Shown here: piece after piece, positions 35,737 through 46,491 of the stretch
Layout of the letters: each line of letters opens with the position of its first letter
How positions within the stretch are numbered: position 1 is the first letter of the stretch
Source: an uncultured Pelagibacteraceae bacterium
GTDB taxonomy: Bacteria; Pseudomonadota; Alphaproteobacteria; Pelagibacterales; Pelagibacteraceae
NCBI GenBank assembly: GCA_902615445.1
Contig: CACMOQ010000001.1
Coordinates: 86,025-150,024 of the forward strand
Reading direction: 5' to 3'
DNA: 64,000 bases
Translations under genes and position numbers: made by a program
The notes under the pieces: generated by a model
Databases searched by the model: none
What the model was told of the DNA's origin: nothing
Seen by the model: the letters and a program-made list of their open reading frames with translations, nothing else

Positions 35737-35996
35737 TTATCTAATAATTTTTTTTTTGCTTTTTCAAACTCTTCTTGTGTCAAAACACCATCACTTAAAA
35801 GTTTATTTAATTTTTCAATTTCATCACTAAGTTTATTTTCTTCATTCATGGTATCCTCAATTTTTTCAGTCTCAATATTTTCATTTGTTTTATTTGCACT
35901 TTTAGCACTAAAACCTTTCATTATGGCTGTAGCACCTAAATATAAAACAAAACCAAGAATTGGTATCACTAAAGCAAAAAAAATTATTTTTTCCAT
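35733..35996 (-). CDS. membrane-anchored SHOCT-domain protein
   Basis: 87 aa with an N-terminal TM segment and a C-terminal LLSDGVLTQEEFEKAKKKLL (SHOCT-like) motif. Confidence 0.6.
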   Translation of the reverse strand: MEKIIFFALVIPILGFVLYLGATAIMKGFSAKSANKTNENIETEKIEDTMNEENKLSDEIEKLNKLLSDGVLTQEEFEKAKKKLLDN

Positions 35997-35999
35997 TTA

Positions 36000-36203
36000 T
36001 TAATCCTCATCTTCCTCACGCCAATTTTTTTCATACATTAACCAAGCTGCGTATATAACTGAAAATGTACCAACTATCATACCATAATCATATCCGGTTT
36101 GTCGGTCATATAAATACCAACCTAATTGAGTTGCTCCTATAGGCGGAACAGTAAGTATCGTCATTAAAATTGCTATTCGGTAAGGGTATTTTGGTTTTTT
36201 CAT
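36000..36203 (-). CDS. small two-TM membrane protein, unknown
   Basis: 67 aa with an acidic C-terminus (REEDED). It lies 3 nt upstream of the SHOCT gene. Confidence 0.45.
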   Translation of the reverse strand: MKKPKYPYRIAILMTILTVPPIGATQLGWYLYDRQTGYDYGMIVGTFSVIYAAWLMYEKNWREEDED

Positions 36204-36304
36204 TAAATTATTTTAATTTTTTTTAAAAAAATAAACAATTACAAAAGTTTAATTTTAAACGGATTTAATGTTTAATACTTTATTGTCGCTTTTTTGATAT
36301 TTTA

Positions 36305-37150
36305 CTATTTCTGGAATCTTCTAAAACAAGTTATCGTATTCTTCAATAAACAAGCAATTGTCATAGGTCCAACACCACCTGGCACTGGAGTTAATGCCTT
36401 TGCATTTTTTGAAACTTCTTCAAACGCTACATCTCCAACTATTCCTTTATCTGTTTTATTAATACCTACATCAATAACAATTGTATCTTTTTTTACCCAA
36501 TCTCCCTTAACAAGTTCTGGAATACCCACTGCTGCAACAATAATATCTGCCTCTAGACATTCTGCTTTTAAATCTTTTGTTTTTGAATGAGTAATTGTTA
36601 CTGTGCAATTTTCTTTCAAAAGAAGCTGAGCCATTGGTTTACCATTTAAATTTGACCTACCAATGATAACTGCCTTTTTTCCATTTAAATTTGGTTCAAC
36701 TTTTTTTATTAATAAATAACATCCTAAAGGAGTACATGGCACTGAACTTTCATAACCAGATGAGAGATTTCCTACATTCATTGGGTGAAAGCCATCAACA
36801 TCTTTTGAGGGAACAATCGTTTCTATTACCTTTTTTTTATCAATATGTTTTGGTAAAGGAAGCTGAACTAAAATGCCTGAGACTGTTTCGTCATTGTTTA
36901 GCTCTTGAATCTTATCTAGTATAACTTTTTCCTCTACAGAGTCTGGATACTTAACCACATCTGATTTTAATCCAACTTCATTTGCAGACTTCTCTTTGTT
37001 TCTTACATAAATTTGACTAGGTGTTAAATCACCTATTAAAATTACCGTTAATCCTGGAACTTTATTGTATTTAGCTTTTAGATCAGACACCTCTTTTTTA
37101 AGTTCCTCTCTAAGTTCTGCAGCAATTTTCTTTCCATCAATTAAAATCAT
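36305..37150 (-). CDS. folD: bifunctional methylene-THF dehydrogenase / methenyl-THF cyclohydrolase
   Basis: 281 aa, with GILVQLPLP, DVDGFHP, VIIGRSNLNGKP and TPVPGGVGPMT. Confidence 0.92.
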   Translation of the reverse strand: MILIDGKKIAAELREELKKEVSDLKAKYNKVPGLTVILIGDLTPSQIYVRNKEKSANEVGLKSDVVKYPDSVEEKVILDKIQELNNDETVSGILVQLPLPKHIDKKKVIETIVPSKDVDGFHPMNVGNLSSGYESSVPCTPLGCYLLIKKVEPNLNGKKAVIIGRSNLNGKPMAQLLLKENCTVTITHSKTKDLKAECLEADIIVAAVGIPELVKGDWVKKDTIVIDVGINKTDKGIVGDVAFEEVSKNAKALTPVPGGVGPMTIACLLKNTITCFRRFQK

Positions 37151-37153
37151 AAT

Positions 37154-37444
37154 TTAAAAAATCATAGGTGCAATGTAGAGCTTCATACACATTTCTATAA
37201 ACCAAATCAATAAAAGTAAAATGATCGGAGAAATATCTAAAGAACCTAAATTAGGTAAAAAACGTCTAATTTTGTTTAAAATTGGATCTGTAAGACGATA
37301 GGTAAACTCTAAAATTGAATAAACAAATCTATTTTGTGTATTTAAAATATTAAATGCTATTAACCAACTGATAATCACGTTGGCTATAACAACATATGAG
37401 TAAAGTTTAAGTATTTGTAAAACCAAATAAAAAATCGCAATCAT
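37154..37444 (-). CDS. YggT family membrane protein
   Basis: 96 aa, with a YggT-like LTDPILNKIRRFLP...LDISPI pattern. Confidence 0.7.
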   Translation of the reverse strand: MIAIFYLVLQILKLYSYVVIANVIISWLIAFNILNTQNRFVYSILEFTYRLTDPILNKIRRFLPNLGSLDISPIILLLLIWFIEMCMKLYIAPMIF

Positions 37445-38532
37445 TTTTTTTCAATATAAATTGAAGAACTTGGAAACGCAAAAGATGCTTTATTATTCTC
37501 TACAATTTGTTTGATTGCTATGGCTAGCCTCTCTTTTACTGAAAGCCACTCATTCCAGCTATCTGTTTTTGTGAAACAACGAACATACATATCAATTGAG
37601 CTATCCGAGAATTTATCCACCCTTACAGCAACTCCTATATTTACATTAAAATCCTCACTTTTATTAATATGATCCTCTATTTGGTTTCTAATAGTTTTTA
37701 ACTGATCAACAGTAGTGTCATATTGTAGAGTGATAATCCAACTTATTAACCAATTAGATGTTTCACTTACATTTACAACTGCATTTTCAGCAAATTGAAA
37801 ATTTGGAATAATCGCTAATGATTTATCAAATTTTCTTATTGTTGTTGATCTAAAGCCAATTTTTTCAACTATACCCTCGATAATTCCATCGACAGAAATC
37901 CAGTCGCCTATTTTAAATCTTTTTTCCACAAGAACTAAAATCCCTGAAATTAAATTTTTAAATAAATCTTGAGCACCTAAAGCTACAGCCACACCAAACA
38001 AACCTAATCCTGCAATAATAGGGCCTATTTTTATTCCCCATAATTCTAAAACTGCAGCAAGTCCTAAAATGAATATCAGTATTTTTAATGATTTTATAAT
38101 CCATCCAATTAATTCTTTTGTTAAAAGTTTATCTAGACCACTTAAAATATAAGAAACTGGTTCAATGATTTGATGAATTACCCAAAAAATAAGAATGGTG
38201 ATTAAGGTTCTGTTTATGGTATCCACAACCTCTCTACCTTCTATAGAAAAAGTCATATAATAACTTGCAATAAAAAATCCTATAACTATTGGAGTAAATC
38301 TAGCTGGTCCATCTAGCGCTGAAACAAAAGTATCATCCAACTTGTTTGTTGTTCTTTTTGAAATGACCTCTAGTTTTTTTATTATAAGTTTACTAATTAA
38401 TCCCCTAAAAATAAGAAATATTAAAAAAATTCCAATTCCAATTAATATCTGAAAAATATCAACACCTAAAATGCCTTTGTTCCAAACAGACAGAAAAATA
38501 CCAGAAAAATTATTAATTATTTCCATAATCAA
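37441..38532 (-). CDS. mechanosensitive ion channel (MscS family)
   Basis: 363 aa with N-terminal TM segments and the pore helix GLFGVAVALGAQDLFKNLISG followed by a beta domain (FKIGDWISVDG). Confidence 0.85.
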   Translation of the reverse strand: MIMEIINNFSGIFLSVWNKGILGVDIFQILIGIGIFLIFLIFRGLISKLIIKKLEVISKRTTNKLDDTFVSALDGPARFTPIVIGFFIASYYMTFSIEGREVVDTINRTLITILIFWVIHQIIEPVSYILSGLDKLLTKELIGWIIKSLKILIFILGLAAVLELWGIKIGPIIAGLGLFGVAVALGAQDLFKNLISGILVLVEKRFKIGDWISVDGIIEGIVEKIGFRSTTIRKFDKSLAIIPNFQFAENAVVNVSETSNWLISWIITLQYDTTVDQLKTIRNQIEDHINKSEDFNVNIGVAVRVDKFSDSSIDMYVRCFTKTDSWNEWLSVKERLAIAIKQIVENNKASFAFPSSSIYIEKK

Positions 38533-39227
38533 ATTTTATATAACAAAAACTCCTCTTCTCCAGGGTTAAAAAGAAAAATCTTTTTCCACTTAATTTCGTT
38601 CAATATTGATGAGGTTTTTTCACCAATACACATTAGATTAGTATTCATCCACTCACCATCTAATTGATGAACTTTTATAAAATTTAGAAAACTAGATGCA
38701 CTATTCTGTGAATAAATATAAACTATTTCAGGAATATTAAGTTTTAAATCATCAACAAATTTTTTATCAAATTTTCGAATGTGATTTGTTCGATAATTAA
38801 CCACTCTTTTAATGTCGTAACCCTCATTTATTAATTGTCGATCAAGGTTTGCTGATATAATTTCCCCACTAAAGTAAATTAGTTTTCCACTTTTTTTATC
38901 AAAATTTTGTAAAATTAATTCTCTTAAATTTTCAACACTACCACTAGCAGATATAACGTTTTGAAAACCCAAACTTCTTGTTTTTTTTTCAGTTGCATTC
39001 CCTACACAAAAACATAATGTTTTTTTATCAATTTTTTTTGTATCTAGTAATTTGACCGCATTAGCACTAGTAAAAATAATACCTTTAAATTCTGAGAAAT
39101 TTATCTCACCAAAATTTATTTTCTCAACATTTAATAATGGGAGATGGGAAACTTGATGGCCCAACAATTTAAATCTTACTATCATCTCTGAACAATCTTC
39201 TAATGGTCTAGTTAATAAAATATGCAT
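38529..39227 (-). CDS. hemD: uroporphyrinogen-III synthase
   Basis: 232 aa. MHILLTRP...IIFTSANAV has the HemD pattern, and the gene lies immediately downstream of hemC. Confidence 0.7.
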   Translation of the reverse strand: MHILLTRPLEDCSEMIVRFKLLGHQVSHLPLLNVEKINFGEINFSEFKGIIFTSANAVKLLDTKKIDKKTLCFCVGNATEKKTRSLGFQNVISASGSVENLRELILQNFDKKSGKLIYFSGEIISANLDRQLINEGYDIKRVVNYRTNHIRKFDKKFVDDLKLNIPEIVYIYSQNSASSFLNFIKVHQLDGEWMNTNLMCIGEKTSSILNEIKWKKIFLFNPGEEEFLLYKI

Positions 39228-39228
39228 A

Positions 39229-40146
39229 CTATTTTTTATAAGAGTTATTCGATTTAGTTTTCAAACTTTTACCTACTTCGATACCAAGTTGTTTAAATTT
39301 ATCTAAGGTACTTGTTTTTTTTTCATAAAATCTTACTGTGCCATCTAAGGAAAATAATTCTGCCTCTAAAATAATCTTGTCTTTATCAATTGTAGCATGA
39401 GCCCCTACTGCAGTTTCACAATCACCCTCTAAAACTTTTAAAATATTTCTTTCTGCATGTGCCCTTTTATAAGTTTCACTATGATTAATCTTTTTTAAAA
39501 TTGAAATAATTTTGTTATCTTTTTCTCTACACTGCAAGGCTATTATTCCTTGGCCTGCACTTGGAATAATCTTATTAATAGAAAAAATTTCGGAAATTTC
39601 ATTGTCTAAATTCAAACATTTAACTCCAGCATAAGATAGAACAATCGCATCATATGTACCTTCTTTGAGTTTTTTAATCCTTGTATCAATGTTTCCTCTT
39701 ATGAGCTTACAAACAATATCAGGTCTCATTTTTTTAATTTGAAATTCTCTTCTATATGATGAAGTGCCTATTATTGATTTCAAATTTAAATCACTAAATT
39801 TTTTCTTGCCAATAGATAATAAAATTTCTCTTGGATCATTTCTTTCTAAAAACGTTTCGGTCATAAGTCCTTTTGACTCTAACGCTGGCATATCTTTAAG
39901 TGCGTGAATAGCTATATCAATATTTTTATTTAATAATTCTTTTTCTATATTGTTTGAAAATAAACCTTTACCTCCAAACTCAGATAGCCTTTTGTCTTTT
40001 ACTAAATCACCTTTAGTGGTTATTGGTTTAATTATAATATCCTCATCTTTTAGATTAGTATTCTTAATAATTTTATCTTTGGCCATTTGAGCATAAAGTA
40101 ATGCTAGTTTGCTGCCTCTGGAGCCGATTACAATTTTTTTACTCAT
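39229..40146 (-). CDS. hemC: hydroxymethylbilane synthase (porphobilinogen deaminase)
   Basis: 305 aa, with IGSRGSKLAL, HALKDMP, RGNIDTRIKKL and GDCETAVGAHA. Confidence 0.92.
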   Translation of the reverse strand: MSKKIVIGSRGSKLALLYAQMAKDKIIKNTNLKDEDIIIKPITTKGDLVKDKRLSEFGGKGLFSNNIEKELLNKNIDIAIHALKDMPALESKGLMTETFLERNDPREILLSIGKKKFSDLNLKSIIGTSSYRREFQIKKMRPDIVCKLIRGNIDTRIKKLKEGTYDAIVLSYAGVKCLNLDNEISEIFSINKIIPSAGQGIIALQCREKDNKIISILKKINHSETYKRAHAERNILKVLEGDCETAVGAHATIDKDKIILEAELFSLDGTVRFYEKKTSTLDKFKQLGIEVGKSLKTKSNNSYKK

Positions 40147-40202
40147 GAATAAATTTATTTCTTTCTTGTATTAGGATTGTACAATTAATAGAAACTATTT
40201 GA

Positions 40203-41276
40203 ATGAATAAAAAACCCTTAATTCTTGGAATAGAATCCAGCTGTGATGAAACAGCTGCATCTTTGATTACTGAAAATGATGATGGAAAACCTGTAGTTTT
40301 ATCAAATATAGTATCAAGCCAAATTGACATCCATAAAGAATTTGGTGGAGTAGTGCCAGAGCTCGCTGCTCGATCTCATGTTGAAAAAATAGATTGGATT
40401 GTAAAGAAAGCAATTGATGAGGGTGAAAAAAAAATTGATGAAATTGACGCTGTTGCTTCAACAGCTGGACCAGGACTAGTTGTTTGTCTTTCAGTGGGTT
40501 TAAGTTTTGGCAAAGCTTTAGCAAAATCATTAGATAAACCATTTATTGCAGTCAATCACCTCGAAGGTCATGCTCTGAGTCCAAAAATTAGCTCTCAATT
40601 AGATTATCCTTATTTACTTTTGTTAATTTCTGGTGGGCATTCACAATTTTTAAACGTCATTAATTTTGGAAAATATATAAGGCTAGGAACAACAATAGAT
40701 GATGCCTTAGGCGAGGCTTTTGATAAAACAGCAAAGCTTTTAGGAATTGATTTTCCAGGTGGACCTCAAATTGAAGTTTTGGCCCAAAAAGGTGATCCCA
40801 ATAAATTTGATTTACCAAAACCAATAATTAACAAAGGGGGTTGTAATTTATCTTTTGCAGGACTTAAAACTGCAGTGTTGAAAATATCGAAGAATATCAA
40901 AAACGAACAAGATAAATTTGATCTTGCGGCCTCTTTTCAAAAAACAATTGAACAAATATTATACAAAAAAACTAAAATTGCATTTGATGAATATGAAAAA
41001 AATTCAAATCTGAAAAAAAAAGTATTAGTTGTTGCTGGAGGTGTAGCAGCAAATAAGAATATAAGATCCATGCTCAAAAATTTATGTACGGATGAAGATT
41101 ATGAGAGCGTTTTTCCTCCAGTTGAATTGTGTGGAGACAATGCTGCAATGATTGCATTAGTTGGGCTTGAAAAATATAAATTAAAAAAATTTGATGAATT
41201 AAATTTTCCTGCTAAACCAAGATGGGCGTTGGACGAAAGTGCGATTTTTCTTAAAGGTGCTGGAGTAAAGTTATAG
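40203..41276 (+). CDS. tsaD: tRNA N6-adenosine threonylcarbamoyltransferase
   Basis: 357 aa, with GIESSCDETAA, VNHLEGHAL, LLISGGHSQ and VAGGVAANK. Confidence 0.93.
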   Translation: MNKKPLILGIESSCDETAASLITENDDGKPVVLSNIVSSQIDIHKEFGGVVPELAARSHVEKIDWIVKKAIDEGEKKIDEIDAVASTAGPGLVVCLSVGLSFGKALAKSLDKPFIAVNHLEGHALSPKISSQLDYPYLLLLISGGHSQFLNVINFGKYIRLGTTIDDALGEAFDKTAKLLGIDFPGGPQIEVLAQKGDPNKFDLPKPIINKGGCNLSFAGLKTAVLKISKNIKNEQDKFDLAASFQKTIEQILYKKTKIAFDEYEKNSNLKKKVLVVAGGVAANKNIRSMLKNLCTDEDYESVFPPVELCGDNAAMIALVGLEKYKLKKFDELNFPAKPRWALDESAIFLKGAGVKL

Positions 41277-43244
41277 TTTTAAATTTTGGGGTTTTATTCC
41301 TTCAAGATAATTTTGATATACTTTTTTATAAGCCCTTTCAATATTTTTCGTATAAATTTCAGCTTTAAATAAATTTGAATTTTTTTTATTGATAGCGATT
41401 TTCTTTTTTATTTCACCTAAATAAACTTTTTCATTATAAATTTTTATTGCTAATTTTTTATAATCTTCAATATTAGTCGTAATAAGTTCATTTAATTTAA
41501 TTGTATTAAGTAAGCTTGCGGCCACTCTACTTGCAAATGAATTACCTTTAAGAGTCAACACTGGTATACCTACACGCAATGCATCACTACAAGTAGTATG
41601 AGCGTTATAAGGGAAAGTGTCTAGAAATAAATCTGCAAATTGAATTCTTTGAAGATGATCTTCTATTTTTAAATTTTCAGCAAATATTAATCTATTTTGA
41701 TTAATTCCATTTTTTTTTATTAACAATTTGAGGTTATCTTGTGAAAACTTATTGTCTTTTAAAAGCCATAAAACACTATTTTCAGTATTATTCAAAATAT
41801 ATATCCAGGCATCAAAAATTATAGGATTTATTTTTTGATGGCTGTTAAAGCAACAAAAAATGAATTTATCTTCTGGAAGACCGAAGTTTTCTTTTTTAAC
41901 TTTAGTGTTGGAAATTTTTTTATCATTTTCATTTGGTTGATAAGTATCAGGAAGATAAATGATTTTTTCAGAATAGAATTTTTGTTCATCAGGTTCTATT
42001 AAAATTTTATCTGCTACTATATAATCCAAATTATTAGATCCTGAAGTGCCTGGATAACCCAAGAAATTAATCTGTATCGGAGCTAATCTTTCTAAAAATA
42101 AATTAAAACGATTGTAATCACCTGTATGACACATAAAGTCTATCGCAATGTCAATTTCCAAATCTCTACACAAATTTAATGCCTCAAGATCTGACATAAG
42201 ACTAATATCTATAAATTTATCAAAACATTTAAAAATTCTTTTATGTAATATGTCGCTCGATTGAATTTTTGGACCAAAGTAAAAACCATATAACTCAAAT
42301 TGTGATTTATCATGCAATTCTAGCATCCCGACCATTAAGTGGCCCATTGCGTGCACCCTGAAATCTGCTGAAAAAAAACCCAACTTTATCTTTTTTGAAG
42401 TTTTCTTTTTAAGAGAAAAGTTTTTTTTATACTTTAGTTTGTATTCATTTTGCCAAACTTTAGCACATTCAAATTGAATTTGAGGGGAGTCATATACCGT
42501 AGTGACCGTATAAGGAGGTGATGCTTTTTCTTGTTTTATAATTTTATCTTGAATGTATTTTTTTATCTCAAAAAAATCACTCCATATACACATTTTGTTT
42601 TTTGTTAATTGTATACTCCCAATTAGGAAAGGTTTATCAGGGTTTAATATTTGTGCTTTTTCATAACTCTGCAAAGCCAAATCTAAATTATTAATCTCCA
42701 CAAATATATCACCTCTTTTGTGATACATTGATGCACTATCTGGTTCTATACTTAAATAATTTTGTATTTCTTCTAAGGCAAGTTTATGATTCTTAAAATT
42801 ATAATGTATATCAACTTTGCTTTTAATAGCTGGAAGATAACTTGAATTATATTTAGTAGATAAATTATAATTTTCTAAAGCCTTATCAATTTTTCTTAAT
42901 TTTAAATGTACATTTCCTATATTATAATAAGCCTCATAGTAATCAAATTTTAAATCGATGGCTTTTTGATAGGCCTCTAGAGCTTCATTGAAGTCATTTT
43001 TCTTAAAAAAAATATTTCCTAAACTGTTATAGCCTTGATAATAATTAGGATTGATCTCAATCGATTTTTTTAGTTGAATAATTGCTTGGTCATATTTTTT
43101 TAACTGAAATAAAATCACACCATATAAGTTTAGTAATTCATGATTTGGTTTTACTTTTTTAGTAATATTTAAATATTCTTTTTCAGCCCGAACAAAATTT
43201 CTACTTTTATACAAATTAAGCAATTTTGATAATGGATTGTCCAT
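41271..43244 (-). CDS. TPR-repeat protein fused to an O-GlcNAc-transferase-like (GT41/SPINDLY-type) glycosyltransferase
   Basis: 657 aa with about 6 N-terminal TPR units. The C-terminal half carries FLGYPGTSG, FCCFNSHQKI and DTFPYNAHTT blocks typical of COG3914 proteins. Confidence 0.7.
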   Translation of the reverse strand: MDNPLSKLLNLYKSRNFVRAEKEYLNITKKVKPNHELLNLYGVILFQLKKYDQAIIQLKKSIEINPNYYQGYNSLGNIFFKKNDFNEALEAYQKAIDLKFDYYEAYYNIGNVHLKLRKIDKALENYNLSTKYNSSYLPAIKSKVDIHYNFKNHKLALEEIQNYLSIEPDSASMYHKRGDIFVEINNLDLALQSYEKAQILNPDKPFLIGSIQLTKNKMCIWSDFFEIKKYIQDKIIKQEKASPPYTVTTVYDSPQIQFECAKVWQNEYKLKYKKNFSLKKKTSKKIKLGFFSADFRVHAMGHLMVGMLELHDKSQFELYGFYFGPKIQSSDILHKRIFKCFDKFIDISLMSDLEALNLCRDLEIDIAIDFMCHTGDYNRFNLFLERLAPIQINFLGYPGTSGSNNLDYIVADKILIEPDEQKFYSEKIIYLPDTYQPNENDKKISNTKVKKENFGLPEDKFIFCCFNSHQKINPIIFDAWIYILNNTENSVLWLLKDNKFSQDNLKLLIKKNGINQNRLIFAENLKIEDHLQRIQFADLFLDTFPYNAHTTCSDALRVGIPVLTLKGNSFASRVAASLLNTIKLNELITTNIEDYKKLAIKIYNEKVYLGEIKKKIAINKKNSNLFKAEIYTKNIERAYKKVYQNYLEGIKPQNLKL

Positions 43245-43367
43245 AATTATATTGTCAATATATTAAAAATATTTTATTTCTTAAACACATTTAATATTTA
43301 TAAATATTAATTATTACACAAGTTTATGAATAGCTTCTGAAATTTAAACGATAGGACCTATAACTAA

Positions 43368-43781
43368 ATGAAATATTGGTTACTAAAATCCGAACCCGAT
43401 GTTTGGTCTATCGATCAACAAAAAAATGCCGGCAACAAAGGAGCCCCATGGGATGGAGTACGAAATTATCAAGCAGCAAAGAATTTAAAAAGTATGAAAA
43501 AAGGTGATCAATGTTTTTTTTATCATTCTAATATTGGAAAAGAAATTGTTGGAGTGGTTGAAGTGATAAAAGAACACTATTTGGACAAAACTGATAAATC
43601 TGGTCGATTTGTTGCTGTTACTGTAAAATTTGTAAAAAAATTAAATAAACCAGTAAATCTTAATGAAATTAAAAAAAACAAGGAATTAGGCCATTTATCA
43701 CTTATAAAACAAAGTCGTTTATCAGTGATGCCAATAGACTCTAAAAGCTGGAAAATCTTGAATAAGATGGGTAACATTTAA
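43368..43781 (+). CDS. EVE (PUA-like) domain protein
   Basis: 137 aa, with [17 protein letters not shown]...WDGVRNYQA...[10 protein letters not shown]. Confidence 0.75.
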   Translation: MKYWLLKSEPDVWSIDQQKNAGNKGAPWDGVRNYQAAKNLKSMKKGDQCFFYHSNIGKEIVGVVEVIKEHYLDKTDKSGRFVAVTVKFVKKLNKPVNLNEIKKNKELGHLSLIKQSRLSVMPIDSKSWKILNKMGNI

Positions 43782-43783
43782 AT

Positions 43784-45871
43784 ATGCCAAAAAAGAAAAA
43801 ATCAAGAACTAAGAATAAAAAATCAGTTAAAAAGAAAAAAACAAAAATTAAAAAAAGGAAACCAATAAAAAATAAAAAATCAAAAAGTAAAAAAAGTAAA
43901 TTAACTAAAAAATCTTCAAATAAGATCCAAGAAAATCAAGAATTAATTATTAAAACCAAACCTGACTGGGTAAAAAGTAGTTTAGCTAATAAATCACAGT
44001 ATGCTAAAAAATATAAAGATTCTATCAAAAATAACAATGAATTTTGGAAAAAAGAAGGTAAGAGGATAACTTGGATAAAACCATATAAGAAAATTAAAGA
44101 TGTAAAATATAGCAGTACCGACGTTAGAATTAAGTGGTTTGAAGATGGTACGCTTAATGCTTCAGCGAATTGTATAGACAGACATTTAGCAGATAAAAAA
44201 GATAAAACAGCTATTATTTGGGTTGGAGATAATCCAAAAGATACTCAGAAAATCACTTATAAGCAACTTCATCAAAAAGTTTCAAAAGCTGCAAATGGGC
44301 TTAAAAAATTAGGAATTAAAAAAGGAGATCGAGTCACAATTTATTTAACAATGATACCTGAGCTAGCTGTTTTAATGCTAGCATGTGCAAGAATTGGTGC
44401 TGTTCATTCAATTATTTTTGGAGGTTTCTCTGCTGAGTCTATTGCAGGACGAGTTAATGATTGTGAGTCTGAATATATTATCACAGCTGACGAAGGGGTG
44501 AGAGGAGGAAAAACAATCCCACTAAAAGCAATTACAGATGAGGCCTTATTAAGTTGCCCCAATATTAGGAAGTGTATTGTTGTTAAAAGAACAGGTAATT
44601 CAATAAATTGGAATAGTGGTAGAGATGTTTGGTATCACAATTTAATTAAAGATGTTTCAAATTTTTGTGAACCTGAGGAAATGGGAGCGGAAGATCCTTT
44701 GTTTATTCTTTATACCTCCGGATCTACTGGTAAACCAAAAGGTGTTTTGCATACAACTGGTGGGTATATGGTTTATGCTTCTATGACACATCAATATATT
44801 TTTAATTATAAACCAAAAGATATTTACTGGTGTACTGCAGATATAGGTTGGGTTACTGGACATAGTTATATAATTTATGGTCCATTAGCAAATGGTGCCA
44901 CAACTTTAATGTTTGAGGGTATTCCCACCTATCCTGATAGTTCCAGATGGTGGCAAATTGTTGATAAATATAAGGTAAATATTTTCTACACTGCTCCAAC
45001 AGCAATTAGGGCACTTATGAGAGAAGGAGATGAGCCAGTCAAGAAAACATCCAGAAAATCCTTAAAATTATTAGGAACTGTTGGTGAACCAATTAACCCA
45101 GAGGCTTGGATGTGGTATTTCAATGTTGTCGGAAATTCAAAATCTCCGATTGTAGATACTTGGTGGCAAACTGAAACTGGTGGTATTTTGATTGCACCTC
45201 AAACTGGAGCCATAAACTTGAAACCTGGTTCCGCAACAAAACCATTTTACGGTATCAAGCCCATTTTGGTGGATAAAAATGGGAACGAAATTAAGGGAGC
45301 AGGAGAAGGAAGGCTTTGTATTGCTCAATCTTGGCCAGGTCAAATGAGAACTGTATATGGTGATCATCAAAGATTTATTGACACTTATTTTTCTCAATTT
45401 GATGGAAAATATTTTACAGGAGATGGGTGTAGAAGAGATAAAGACGGTTACTATTGGATAACAGGTAGAGTTGATGATGTTATTATAGTTTCTGGTCATA
45501 ATTTAGGAACTGCTGAAATTGAGAGTGCTTTTGTTGCTCATCCAAAAGTAGCTGAAGCAGCCGTAGTTGGCTATCCGCATGACATCAAAGGAAATGGTTT
45601 ATATTGTTATGTAACATTAAATGCTGGAGAACAAGAAAATGGAGAACTCGAGAGAGATTTAAAACTTTGGGTAAGAAAACAAATTGGACCTCTCGCTACT
45701 CCAGATATTATTCATTTTTCACCTGGCTTACCGAAAACAAGATCAGGTAAAATCATGAGAAGAATTTTAAGAAAAATTGCTGCCAATGATCATGGTCAAC
45801 TTGGGGACACTACAACACTAGCCGATCCGAGTGTTGTTGATAGTTTAGTTGAGAATAGAAAAAATATTTAA
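43784..45871 (+). CDS. acs: acetyl-CoA synthetase with a lysine-rich N-terminal extension
   Basis: 695 aa. The core has [19 protein letters not shown] and [11 protein letters not shown]. The first 47 residues contain 25 Lys and 2 Arg. No alternative ATG/GTG/TTG lies in frame before the conserved core. Confidence 0.93.
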   Translation: MPKKKKSRTKNKKSVKKKKTKIKKRKPIKNKKSKSKKSKLTKKSSNKIQENQELIIKTKPDWVKSSLANKSQYAKKYKDSIKNNNEFWKKEGKRITWIKPYKKIKDVKYSSTDVRIKWFEDGTLNASANCIDRHLADKKDKTAIIWVGDNPKDTQKITYKQLHQKVSKAANGLKKLGIKKGDRVTIYLTMIPELAVLMLACARIGAVHSIIFGGFSAESIAGRVNDCESEYIITADEGVRGGKTIPLKAITDEALLSCPNIRKCIVVKRTGNSINWNSGRDVWYHNLIKDVSNFCEPEEMGAEDPLFILYTSGSTGKPKGVLHTTGGYMVYASMTHQYIFNYKPKDIYWCTADIGWVTGHSYIIYGPLANGATTLMFEGIPTYPDSSRWWQIVDKYKVNIFYTAPTAIRALMREGDEPVKKTSRKSLKLLGTVGEPINPEAWMWYFNVVGNSKSPIVDTWWQTETGGILIAPQTGAINLKPGSATKPFYGIKPILVDKNGNEIKGAGEGRLCIAQSWPGQMRTVYGDHQRFIDTYFSQFDGKYFTGDGCRRDKDGYYWITGRVDDVIIVSGHNLGTAEIESAFVAHPKVAEAAVVGYPHDIKGNGLYCYVTLNAGEQENGELERDLKLWVRKQIGPLATPDIIHFSPGLPKTRSGKIMRRILRKIAANDHGQLGDTTTLADPSVVDSLVENRKNI

Positions 45872-46491
45872 AATTTAATTCTCTCATCAAATTCTTTTTT
45901 TACGACATTCCATTTTAGAATTACTGAATTTAAAACTATCTTTCTGTCTAAATTTTTTAGTTCTTCTGCAATTGGAGCCCACTTATATAACGATAATGCG
46001 CTTGGATTAAAGGGTAGGTCATTATGATATGTATCCCAATTAATACTTTTCATTCTCTCAACAAAATTTTTTTTAGCTTCCTCTGTGATGTCCTTGGGCA
46101 TTTTATTTGAAGTTTCATCATCTAAAATTTTAAAAAAAATTTCCTCTGCATTTTTCATCTCTTGATAGTTAAAATCTGCTTTTAATTTTGAGAAAGTGAA
46201 AAAGGTTAGATCTTGAAGAGCAACTGAATAGATATTCCATTTAGCTAAGTTAACCGATCCCATAAATTCATCATTCTCAAAATGCAGAACGTATCTTGTG
46301 CCCATTCTTGTTTTTAAATATCCATAAAGAGTTACTTGAGTTACCCAGGCAGACTTTGTCTGTATAAAATTCTCAAGCTCGTCTAAATTGCTAATTTTTT
46401 TCTTAGGTATAAAGGCTTTAAAAAGCGCAAATAAATAAACTTTGAAATCATTCCAAGACAGATCTCTCCACGTGAGTTTATATTTTCCCAT
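45868..46491 (-). CDS. hypothetical protein (207 aa), unknown family
   Basis: Intact ORF with coding-like composition. It converges on acs with a 4-nt overlap, and I recognise no motif. Confidence 0.55.
   Translation of the reverse strand: MGKYKLTWRDLSWNDFKVYLFALFKAFIPKKKISNLDELENFIQTKSAWVTQVTLYGYLKTRMGTRYVLHFENDEFMGSVNLAKWNIYSVALQDLTFFTFSKLKADFNYQEMKNAEEIFFKILDDETSNKMPKDITEEAKKNFVERMKSINWDTYHNDLPFNPSALSLYKWAPIAEELKNLDRKIVLNSVILKWNVVKKEFDERIKF

Noticed and set aside
43784-43924. Possibility that the poly-Lys stretch is non-coding A-rich spacer and acs starts downstream
   Set aside because: There is no in-frame ATG, GTG or TTG between codon 2 and the conserved Acs core, and the ATG lies 2 nt after the previous stop codon. 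I kept it as a coding extension. Initiation at a rare ATT/ATC codon cannot be excluded without proteomics.
45137-45499. 120-aa antisense ORF in acs; also 44657-44863
   Set aside because: Both are embedded opposite the conserved Acs core, with no independent signals.
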